A DNA stretch of 64,000 nucleotides from Gnetum montanum (lineage: Eukaryota > Plantae > Gnetophyta), in assembly GCA_015680685.1 (NCBI GenBank), contig MNCI01002748.1, positions 129,854 through 193,853 on the forward strand, given 5' to 3'. The notes under the pieces are model-generated. The model searched no databases, was not told the origin of the DNA, and worked only from the letters and a program-made list of their open reading frames with translations. Position 1 is the first letter of the stretch, and each line of letters starts with the position of its first letter. Shown one piece after another: positions 13,651 through 24,400 of this stretch. A program made the translations under genes and the position numbers.

Positions 13651-15606
13651 GACCAAAATTTTTGAGTATGGGATCACTTCTATGCCTATTTCCTTGTTTA
13701 CTTAAGTTCACTTTTTTGAAGGATGCAAGAGTTGATGTAGGAAGACCTCTTTTAGATGCCTATTTATCTTTGAAGGTAGAAGAATGAAGGCTTCAAGTAG
13801 TTTGGGAGATGTCTTGGTCCTTTGTAGATGTCTAACCTAAGAGTTGAGATGTTACAAAAGATGTCTTGTTGACCTAAAATATGTCTTGGCCTAGAGCTGA
13901 GATGTTAGAGGAGATGTCTTCCTAGTAGTGTAGGAATCTTGCTAGAAAGCTAGGTTGATAGAGGAGACATCTTTGCAATAGTGGAGATGTCCCTACACCA
14001 ATAAGAACATGCATAGAGACCTCTAGTATTTGCTGGGCATGGAGCATTCACTACTTAACCTAGTGGAGCAGGAAAGAGGGCCTAGGGCCAGGTGTATGCT
14101 TTGATAGATTAGTAGTTGAATATATAGCCTAATAAGGTTATAAAGATAGAAGGTACAATCTTCTACCTTCTTGTATTTATTTTATCTAATTATCACGGTA
14201 GTCATACATCTACAGATCCTAGTATTGTATTCTAATTAGCTCTTCCATATCATGTACTTTATCCTAGATTACCATTATTCACTACTAGAGCTCATGAGAC
14301 CCTAGTGAATTAGATTTATAAAGATGTGTTAGTGTAGTTGTAGGAGATATAGTAGGCTATTGATTTGTATGTGAAGGATCTAGGGGATTATGATGTTTTC
14401 TTATAGAATGATAGGCAAATAAAGCTTCAAAATACTACTATTAGTGTGTTATGCAAGCTTTTACTTTGATTTTACACTTTAGAAAATAAGGCTTTATTTA
14501 AATTTATTATGTAGCAGAGAAAGAAAAGAACATTAAATATAAATTATTTTTTTTAGAATCACTTAGTAGATGTACTAGCTTTTGTCCCAATTCTTTTATT
14601 TTCTTCATTATTATTAATGGGAATTGACTCTTCATTGTTCCCTAACATGATCTTTATGTTTTTTCATAATTATCAAGGCCATACCATGATGTAACACTTT
14701 GGAGAAATTGTGATTAAAGTGTGCATATGAATTCTTACTCATTCATTGTCTCTCATTCAAGCAATCTAAATGCCTATTTCTTAGCTATTATCAACATTAT
14801 TAGCATTTATTTTCAACTCCTTTCAATCTTCATCAATCATTAACAACTTCAACACTTGTTTATCCATCCATTCATTTGCAAAGTAAATAATTTTGATTAA
14901 TTATATCATCTTCTATAATCATTATTTAAAATTTTTAGGTAATAGAATATTAGTAATATTTAATTGATTAAATTGCTAGTATATAATTCAAAATTGATTA
15001 TATCTATTCAAGTCATTATTACAGTATGTGAAACTATTTGTTACGACACTTGGAATCCAAGCCTTGATTAGTTTTAATTTTAAAATCACTAAAATTCAAG
15101 TTGTATTACTTACCATAACCTAACCATGACTTGAGGTTTTCACCACTCATGGGGAATAATACATCAAGAATTCAATAACTATAACTTAACAATGGCCATG
15201 GTTGATCACCAAGACTCATAGTTTCATGAAAATTTTAAGATAGATTTACCATGACTGATGGCTTACTTGTGAGAAAATAATGGCATTATCAGCTTAATTA
15301 TTTTCTCAATTTCAAATGATTATAACCCATGGTTTTCCCATGGTATCTCCGCCATGACTTATGCTACAATACCATGACTCCTAGTATTCTAAAATATCTT
15401 ACTGCAACTTATAGTCATCCAAATTTACAAAATTTATCAATTTTAAAGATTAGATTGGAAAAATATTTAATTTCTCAACTATAGCCATTGTCATTCTCAT
15501 CAATATTAACTGGTATAAGAGCCTAGATAGCCTAACATCTATGTTATCATGAATACAAAAGACATACCAAAATACTCCATGATACTTAATGGATCTCAAG
15601 ATTTCA

Positions 15607-17154
15607 TCTCATGCATGACCCATCTGAAGTCATTCAATGTTGCAATAAGTATTGGCACAAACAAGAGTCAGAAAAATTTTGGATCCCTCTCTTCCAACTT
15701 ATTTGGAAACTTTCGACCCTCCCCAAAATTAAGCAGTTCCTTTGGTGTCTTCTTCACCATGGTCTACCTATTGGAAAACATCTAGAATATCTAGGGATTC
15801 CTAATCCCAATTGCCCTCTATGTGGTGGACAGGATGACTTTGTCCATGTATTTTGGCAATGTCCCTTTGCTCAACATGTGTGGCAGTGGGCTTCTGAAGC
15901 TTTTCCATCATATAAGCTATCTCAAGAGGATGTCATATTCGGATTCTTGAACATTACTTCTACTAATCTTAATTTTTTGTGGAAAGTTATTAGGCCTACT
16001 ATTTTATATTATATTTGGAAGCGAAGATGCAATGTTCTATTTCAAAAGACAGAGTATTCTAACAAATGTTTGCTTACCAGGTTGGAGAAGTTGNNNNNNN
16101 NNNNNNNNNNNNNNNNNNNNNNNNNNNNNNNNNNNNNNNNNNNNNNNNNNNNNNNNNNNNNNNNNNNNNNNNNNNNNNNNNNNNNNNNNNNNNNNNNNNN
16201 NNNNNNNNNNNNNNNNNNNNNNNNNNNNNNNNNNNNNNNNNNNNNNNNNNNNNNNNNNNNNNNNNNNNNNNNNNNNNNNNNNNNNNNNNNNNNNNNNNNN
16301 NNNNNNNNNNNNNNNTATTTGGAAACTTCCGACCCTCCCCAAAATTAAGCAGTTCCTTTGGTGTCTTCTCCACCATGGTCTTCCTATCGGAAAACGTCTA
16401 GAATATCTTGGGATTCCTAATCCCACTTGCCCTCTATGTGGTGGACTAGATGACTTTGTCCATGTGTTTTGGCAATGTCCCTTTGCTCAACATGTGTGGC
16501 AGTGGACTTCTAAAGCTTTTCCATCCTACAAGCTATCTCAAGAGGATGCCATATTCGGATTCTTAAACATTACTTCTACTAATCTTAATTTTCTATGGAA
16601 AGTTATTAGGCCTACTATTTTATATTATATTTGGAAGCGAAGATGCAATGTTCTATTTCAAAAGACAGAGTATTCTAACAAATGTTTGCTTACCAGGTTG
16701 GAGAAGTTGCAAATCTTTCACCTCACCTATTTTCAACTCACATCTCAAGCATCCAAGTTCAATTTGGACAGTCATCAATTGGTTCATCTGCTGCAACTAT
16801 GGGAAAGACCTGTGTGTTCCAGTTACACTTAGCATCAGTAATCTCTACAAGGAAGTTTTCCCTTTTTATTATGTGGAGTCACCATTGGAATTCTCTCTAT
16901 CCTTAATTGAGAGCTCTTTGCCTCATCTAATTCTATGTCAATCTATTTTGTAACAAGCCAGTCTGTGCGAACATTTGGTTGTGCCCCAACTTGGGTTTCC
17001 TCCTCTAATACTCATTTATTTCTAAGGTGTTTCCCAAGTGTCATTCACGATGCTCTCAATTTTCCCTTTCCTTTAACCCTATGACTTATTCAAGTTGTTG
17101 TAATTGATGCACCTTTAATTTCAATAAAACTTCTTTTCGGGTCCGACACCCCCC
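15607..17154 (+). mobile_element. 5'-truncated L1-clade LINE (ORF2 C-terminal zf-RVT region + 3' UTR)
   Basis: IWKLSTLPKIKQFLWCLLHHGLP...CPLCGG.DDFVHVFWQCPFAQHVW...YYIWKRRC is the zf-RVT signature; exact direct repeat CTTAATGGATCTCAAGATTTCA at 15585-15606 and 17155-17176 is the TSD. Confidence 0.92.
16094..16315. other. Assembly gap (222 N)
   Basis: Run of N flanked by near-duplicate LINE sequence. Confidence 1.
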
Positions 17155-17469
17155 CTTAATGGATCTCAAGATTTCAACCTATAAATAAGACTCATGTAAG
17201 GTCTTCTCAAGTGCAATGATTACTAGGACATTATTTAAATGGTTTTGAATTTATTCATGATTTCAAAGATACGATAATGATACAAATAAGAGAACACATA
17301 AATAAAAAAAAAGAAAAATAATCTGGTTGCAACCATGATTCTTACATGTATATTAGATATCATATCTTCAAGACTAATCCTTCATCAAACACCCAAGGAA
17401 ATGTGAAACATTTTTTAATTAGTATAGAAAGGAAATATAGTAAATAGACAACTCCAAGAATTAATGTTT

Positions 17470-18960
17470 AAATAAAAATCTAAGTCTCTAGAAATCAAGC
17501 CAAATGAAGACATAGAAATTTTTTTTCCAAAAATGTATGTGAGTTAGAGAAGAATAGATGAATTCAGATGCACTCATACACCAAGGCAGATCGTTGAAAA
17601 AAAATCATCCAAGAAATATTTAGAGATTTGACTTGAAAATACCATAGATAAGATTATACTCTTAAAGTATTTAAACATGTTAAGTGTAAATCAATTGATG
17701 GCCCAAATTAGAATACGATAGTCCATGAAAGCGAACAGAAATAATGTAATTGAAGATCAATTGTATGTGTTAACCCAAAGAGAAGGAAGATTTAGAGGAT
17801 GAGGTAAATTCAATTAAAACAATTCCAAAAATCAGAATAATCAAAAAAATGAAGTCAAATTTGAAAGACAAGATAATGGTGATAAGTCTAGAACAACTAG
17901 AGGAAGAGGATATACAAGAGGTTGATGGAACACCGATGAAAGAACCAATTTAACTAATTCTTCTATTTCTTTTTAAAGATTTTGTAAGAGAAAAGGACAT
18001 CTCATTGATGCATACTAGGAAAGAATTGAATTTGAATCTCTAAAGTTGAAGCAAAACAACAAAAGAAGAACCTCTCACAACTAAGCAAGAATCAAATCAA
18101 CTCTTTAAATCATGACACCCTTTAAATCAACTCTTTTCAATTATAAGCAAAATAACAAACTTGGAAACATCAAAGTTAGGAATGAAAACTTTTTTAATAG
18201 AAAGGGAATAGAAGATTGTATAGTTAGACTCTCCAACAACAATGTCATCATAATTGCTCAAGCTTTTTATGTTTCTAACATATCATAACCACTTCTTTTA
18301 GTAGGACAAATGACTAGAAGAGGTATTGATGTAAAATTCAAATATGATTTGTGTAGCATAGAAAAACTTGCTAGAGAAGAAGTAATAAGAGAAGAAGTAA
18401 TATGATTTGTGTAGCAACAGAAGAATATGTTGCTTGGATTGTGATTACTTTGATTTAAAATGGAATTTCATTTTCAAAAACTCTTAAAGTGCAAGAGAAA
18501 TCATTAAAAGAATTCTTAAATTCTAAAAATGATACAGCTAAAAATAAAAACAAAAACAGAAAGAAACAAATATTGTGACTCAAATTACTCCAAAATATCA
18601 ATTTAAATTAATTCAAGATGAAGATTAAGCCAAATTTTGAAACATAAGATTGGATCATTCTTCCTACTCCAACATTGAAAAATTAGTAAGACTTAACAAG
18701 GCAATGATTGAAGATCAAGAAGATTCCCAAGGGCAAAGTGATGAGGTAAAGCCTCAAGCTTTTCATCTATATGTACCTCCAATACATATAGCCAACATGA
18801 TACTTTTATAGAGCTTAAGGATATCATAAAGTTGTTGCAATTATGAATGAACTAGAAACCTCTTACATTCATAGTATTTGTGAGATAGCAGAATAGGTAA
18901 TTGAACCACCTCTCATTAGCTGTATGGATATATTACTACGAGACTATACTTCCATCACAA
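17470..18960 (+). mobile_element. Highly decayed, internally deleted Ty1/Copia relic
   Basis: Zinc-knuckle remnant FCKRKGHL at about 17980; Copia protease-region motif AFYVSNIS*PLLLVGQMTRRGIDVKF..DLCSI at about 18260-18360; possible RNaseH tail at about 18870-18940. Confidence 0.5.
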
Positions 18961-19704
18961 AACTTTGGTGGAATATAGATACAACATAATAGTACCTCGA
19001 ACTTAGAGTGTATTAAATACAAAGCAATATGATTACTAATTAAATTATATTTTAGTTAATGTAACTCAATGTCTATTTTTTTAGAAAGAAAGAAATGTTG
19101 TGTTTTACTATATCAACATCATTCTAGCTTATGCCTACTTTTATACAACTAGAACGAAAACTTATAGGTTAAGTTAAATTAACATATCTTTTTGAGATTG
19201 AACAAATCATATGTATATTGTGAAAATGATTCAAACAAAGGATGTGCTAAAAAATTAAATTAAAAGGGGACAAAAAGAACAAAACACACAAGATTTACTT
19301 AATAAAATCTTTTAATATGAAGGGCAAGAAGATGAATTGGTGACTACAAGGTTTTTCCAACTCTCTAGGATTGCACCTAACAAAGTCATACCATGTTGGC
19401 TGTATCGAAACTTATGTTTATCATTTTCTTAAAATAGAAAATTGAAATTCTCAAAATATGGAAAAGTTTCAAAAAATAAAAAAGAAAGAAGAAGAAAAGA
19501 AAAAGGAACCATGTTGGATAGAGGGAGGAAAAACACCGGACAACTTCTTGTGAACCTAACAATGTAGGCACATGATTTGGAACTAAGGGGAAATGTGAAG
19601 CCGGGAACTAAGTCTTACTGATAAAGTACGACCCAGAGTTAGAACATAAAACATCCCATTTCCTTGTGTTTCAAGGGTTAGTAGCCTTAACATTCTATTC
19701 ATTC

Positions 19705-19830
19705 TATACCACGTGCTTTTTCCCACCACCGCGGTCCAGGTGGGGAGGCCACATTGTAAATGAGACACAAATCTTTCTTCAATATTTAAACTAAACAATG
19801 AGGGACTCACCAGATTCCAAGTCTTCTTCT
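19705..19830 (+). promoter_or_regulatory. Putative Pol II promoter: G-box CACGTG (19710-19715), TATA-like TATTTAAA (19783-19790), pyrimidine patch near the inferred TSS (about 19810-19835)
   Basis: Motif spacing fits a plant core promoter; located at the start of a CpG-retaining non-TE island. Confidence 0.5.
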
Positions 19831-19967
19831 TCTCCAGTAATTGAATGATTTACTTCGTTCATGCAGGAGCCAGAATTGGCATTCAAGTTGATCCATCCAT
19901 TATTCATTATCCATATACCGAACTCCAAGGAAGGCCAATTATCAGAAGAAGGCCGAGTGCGAGCTTG

Positions 19968-20295
19968 AGTTTCTGCTGTTTTACCTTGGCCTTCTGCCAA
20001 TGGTGATCTCCAGGACAAACGTTCCCATGCCATCTCATCTTTTCTTTACCCTTTCCCTTTTCCAGATGCATACATCCTTCAACACAAACCATGAACATCA
20101 AAAGCCTTGTCTGCGGCAAAAGCACAAAACATCATCAAACGGATGGAGCCCAAAATTAGCAAGACCTCCATCAAAATTGAGTATGCTGCAGCAGCAACGT
20201 TTTTAGAGGTGTTCAGGAGAAAAGAAAAACATGAGATAGCATAAACACGTTTGGCCTGAAGATTGCCTTTGACGGGAAGGTGAACACAGGACTTA
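19968..20295 (+). ncRNA. Candidate microRNA precursor hairpin (family not recognised)
   Basis: 5' arm 19990-20048 (CCTTCTGCCAATGGTGATCTCCAGGACAAACGTTCCCATGCCATCTCATCTTTTCTTT) pairs with 3' arm 20220-20280 over about 58 nt with few mismatches; outer stem extends to about 19968/20295 using G:U pairs on the + strand. Confidence 0.65.
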
Positions 20296-21350
20296 CACAC
20301 ATAAATTGTTGAACATAAAACGCGGAAAAACGTCAAAGCGTTTAAGGATTAGGGTTTGTTGATCTCTCCTGTAACTGTTTGCCACAAGAACGGGGCTGGC
20401 TATTTTGTGATGTGCATTTGTCTTTCGAATCAAAGTATTGTATAGCTAGGGCACGTATTTTTTTTGTTTTTCGTTTTGTTTTTCTTTCAACGTCGCTTCG
20501 ACGTCAAGTTTTCAATATTCTACTCAATTTTCGCTCTAACATTGGTTGATTTCAGAGACGTTTGCCCTTTCCTTTCTTGAAAAGATTCACCACATGATAT
20601 CTTGTACTGGATCTTGTTAGAAATATTCGGATGGTGCAGACTGTGCTGAAGCTCCGTGGCTATATTTTCAGAGCAGAATTAGGTAGGTAAAATGCCTTCT
20701 CGTGATTGGCTCGAGCATGGAAATTCTTTCCATGAAATAACTCCCTCTTTCTTCGTGGATCGAAAAAATTATTTATCTGGCTTCCTGTTGCTGAATTTTA
20801 TGGAAATATTGCTAAGTAAATTGTCCTCCGCAAATTAATGTGTGAATTTATGCGCTATTTGTGGTATATGCTAAGTACACTCCATTTTACGTTTCAATTG
20901 TAAAATTATTTCAGTCCGCATGGTGTTCCAGTGGTAAAATTATTATATTTGACTACCTTGATGTGTTTGCAAAATCCAGGCATATGTTACTGGTTTTGAA
21001 ACTTCATTTCCTGATTTAAATACGATGAAATATTTGTTGAAAAATGTCATGCTTTAAATGGTGCGTTATTTCTTTGGATTTTCATCCGGGCGTTGCCTGC
21101 TGCCGGGTATCACTAATCATTTACGAACAAAAAATACAATTGCAAAAGATATAGACTTTTGTATTATCAGTTTTTAGGTTCAATCTTTAATATGCTGCCG
21201 CAGCAGATATTTTTAAACCCATTCTGTGCAAACAATTTCTTTCTCAGAATTCAAAATCCTTCAGCTTCAATTTCTTAGATATTAGAATCCTCCTTTTCCA
21301 ACCGACTGTTTTTCCATTAACGAGAAAATTTCAAAAGCCTTTGGTGCAAG

Positions 21351-21439
21351 GTAATTAAATGAAAAAAGAATTTTTTTTCAGTATTCTCCAGGAACTAGAA
21401 AATTTTAAAAGCTTAAGATGCTAATATCTTCCTTTGCAG
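21351..21439 (+). other. Putative 89-nt spliceosomal intron of the + strand non-coding transcript
   Basis: AAG|GTAATT donor, CTAAT branch point (21421-21425), CTTCCTTTGCAG acceptor; a further acceptor (CTAAC..TTTCAG, 20555) and donor (AG|GTAGGT, 20683) lie upstream. Confidence 0.55.
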
Positions 21440-24400
21440 AAATTGAACAAAGAAGTTTTTGAAGTTGGAAACGTCATTCCAATGCTGAGTTCCATTCGTG
21501 AACTGAGAGAGACAACAGTTGTTTTTCTTCTTTGGTGGTGATTTCTAGGAGCCATAAATAAATATTGCTTTTTTTGCTTAGAAATTCAAAAACTTTCCAT
21601 ATCTAATTTTTTTAAGTACAGAAAACAGTGGTTAAGACAGGATCAAATGATATTACAGGCAGTGTTGGGTGGGGATTATCTCCATGAAAATTCAAACAAG
21701 CCAGCCACCATACAGAGAGCCTCTATTCTGTTGTTGGCAAAAGCTAGCACGAATTTCTTTTACCTGACAAAATCAATTTTGTGTGGGCTCTTACAAATTG
21801 GCCTGTTTTAAAATTAATTTCTTTTAATCAGGAAAGGTTGGCGATATATTTTCTTTTATTATAAATCGTTTTATCTTTATCTACTTTAAATGGAAGGTTA
21901 GCATAGTTGTCCATTTTCACTCTGAAAACTATAAATACTAAGGTATTGAGCTCATTTGGGATCTTCTTGGCTATCTTGTTTTCCGTTGCATTTTCAAATT
22001 AAGCTCCTCATTCCTTTGGTAAATATGTTTATTTTTCTTCGTTTTCTTGTGTGTTTTTAAGTCCTCCCTTCACCTTGTGGTAAGACTCTATTGGAGTGTT
22101 GTCATGGTTTTGCAAATTGGAATTGTTTGGTTGATGCAAAGTTGAATGCAGTGAATAAAAATTCTTGTTTTCCAATTTTATTTTCGAACTTTTGTGTCAT
22201 AAATTTAAAATAGCAAAAGGATAAATTGCATTATGTACCTTTTAGAATTAGTTATTATTTAATTAGTTAGACTTGTATTTTGACCTTTTAGAAAGAGGTC
22301 ATGTCTCTATAGCATGGTGTTGGGCCATTGACAATATGACTAAGGAGCATTTTTGATAATGATGACCTAAGAATGATAACAATTAGTTTTCTTGGGATGC
22401 ATTTTCACATCATAGATAAGGCTAGTAGTACACGAGTTGGTTGGCATTTCTTAGTGCCAGGAAAGGGTTAAGGAGTAGGCCAAGCATTGGATTGGGTAGA
22501 AAGTATCTTGGGATGATTTTATGATTTCCTTTAGTATAAGATATATTTCCATTGAATTGTTACTTCCTAGATGTAGCTAAAGGCATTGAGGGGAGGGGGG
22601 AGGTCTGGTGGGGGTGAATCAAGGCCTTATAAAATTTGAGTTCAATAGAGACTAGCAGAGAAAGACTAGTAAAAAGCCCCAAAGAAACTTAATGTAGAAA
22701 ATAGAATACCTATTCAAAAAGAAGTGAATAGTCATTGAACTTTTAAGGTGATTCAGTTGCTAGATTGGTTGACCTACCTACACCATAAAACTCTCCTCAG
22801 ATCTTAGGGGGTAGAGTAATCTATTAATTAAAGAAAATTATAGGGCTTCCTTTATAATCTTGGACTAAACATAACCACTAGCTTTGAAGTTACAGAAATT
22901 TTCTTTCATCGAACAAAGAAAGGAGGAATAAATATGTCATTTCATTCTTGGGATTAATAGTTCCTTCACTTCCTCTAGAAATAACAAGCTCTTCTTATAT
23001 TGAAGATAACGACTATTTAAGCTTCAAATAACAACTCCCCTCTTTTCATTAATGAGGTTCATTTTGCTTTTATTGCAATACACACTAGCTTTTTTAGTAT
23101 AATAACTCTTTAGTATAACCTTATAATGACTCTTTTATTTCTACTAATGTGGTATTGTTTTTCTAGTGTAGCTTGTATAGAATCAAAATCTAGTTCTAAA
23201 TTGGTTCTAGCTTTAAGAGAGCTATTAAAGCTAACTTATATTTTTTTGCTATGAGCTTTCCTTTTGCTTAGGCTGACATGGCAATGAAAAAACATGAAGC
23301 TTTTTAATTCTTACGAGTATTCTACATTTTTTTTAAAAAATAGACTTTCATGTGCATGTGATATAGGAGCTAACATGGCACAACTATTTTGGAAGGGCTT
23401 TGTAGAATAAAAAATTCATTTTAAAGATTGGTTTCACAAGTTGATGTGGCAGGGCACTTAGTAGAACCAATTTGGTTTTAAGGATTTTTTGAAAAGAGAC
23501 AAGCTTTTCATCTGAGCTTGCATGTGTGGAAAAAAACATTATGGTAGACTTATTTTTACCAAGCATTCATAGAACTAAGAACTAGTTCTAGAGCCAATTC
23601 TAAATAAGAGCTTATTTTTGAAGTTGATGTGATAAAATTGATTGAACAAGCCCTTCGTAACCAAAAATGGCTTTATAAGATAAATTTGTTTAGTGCTTTC
23701 TTTCAGGGCTAACATGGAAGAGCTACTTCTTGCTTCTTTGTAGAATCAAAATATGGTTCTACAAGTTAGTTCTACATGTTGAATTGAATTAAAAATTCTT
23801 TTATGTACATGTTTGAAAAACTTTTTAAGCTCAGTCTCACTAAGTCTTGTTTTTTTTTTTTTTAAAGAAAGTTGACATGGTATAAACAATTTGAGCTATC
23901 TTTGCAGAGCCAATAATGAAGAGTTGAGATGAAAAGCATACATGATGTTGAGTTATAGGAGTCATCTAGACAAGCTAAGTAGAACCAAAAAATCATTTTA
24001 CAAACTAGTTCTATGTGTTGATGTGGCAAACAAATACTTCCCTATGAAAGATAAGATGAAAGCTCAAATCCATGTGGAATGAAGCTCCATTGTAAAGCCA
24101 AACTTGCAACCAAGCTCAAAACAAGAAACAATCTCCTCATTTTTTGAAAATGGATGAGCTCACAAAGTAAGATTGAATGAGAAGAAGATCATGCACAACC
24201 AGATACCTAGAAATAGCCTAAAAAGTAGTTTCAAGCTCATAATCATCATATAGATCAACTCAGCTCATACATCAAAATTATAATTAGAGAACTTAACAAG
24301 CTCTTAATAGTAAGCATCAAGTTAAGCAAGAGAATCATATAGCTAGTTAAAGACAAGAAAATACTTATCATAACACAGCTTATCCAAATATAGCTTACAA

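Larger units (their letters stand above)
8020..14500 (+). mobile_element. Chromovirus (CRM-like) Gypsy element, copy A: gag end - inverted LTR/chromodomain block - RT-RNaseH-IN-chromodomain - 3' LTR
   Basis: Two decayed zinc knuckles at about 8085-8180; pol motifs at 10630-13650; purine tract then LTR starting TGATGTAGG at 13733; right boundary approximate. Confidence 0.75.

Noticed and set aside
14520-15580. AT-rich stretch with recurring ACCATG motifs
   Set aside because: No termini, TSD or coding motif that I could support
16032-16832. Long ORFs containing X runs
   Set aside because: Artefacts of translating through the N gap; the real coding part is the LINE ORF2 tail
19857-19878. CATGCAGGAGCCAG resembling a miR160 target or target mimic
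   Set aside because: Central deletion and mismatched ends; fits neither a cleavable site nor the 3-nt-bulge mimic pattern
19995-20015. Resemblance of the 5' arm to miR399, and of the 3' arm (20250-20270) to miR159/319
   Set aside because: Only about 13-14 of 21 nt match, and miR399 is a 3'-arm product; insufficient for family assignment
19791-20033. Minus-strand ORF MAWERLSW.. ending at a G|GTGAGT donor-like site, considered as a first coding exon
   Set aside because: No recognisable domain and no partner exons in the window; it overlaps the hairpin arm, and promoter/splice signals favour a + strand non-coding unit. Not fully excluded.
20349-20357. TTAGGGTTT telomere-like/telo-box motif
   Set aside because: Single occurrence of a motif common in plant 5' regions; uninformative alone
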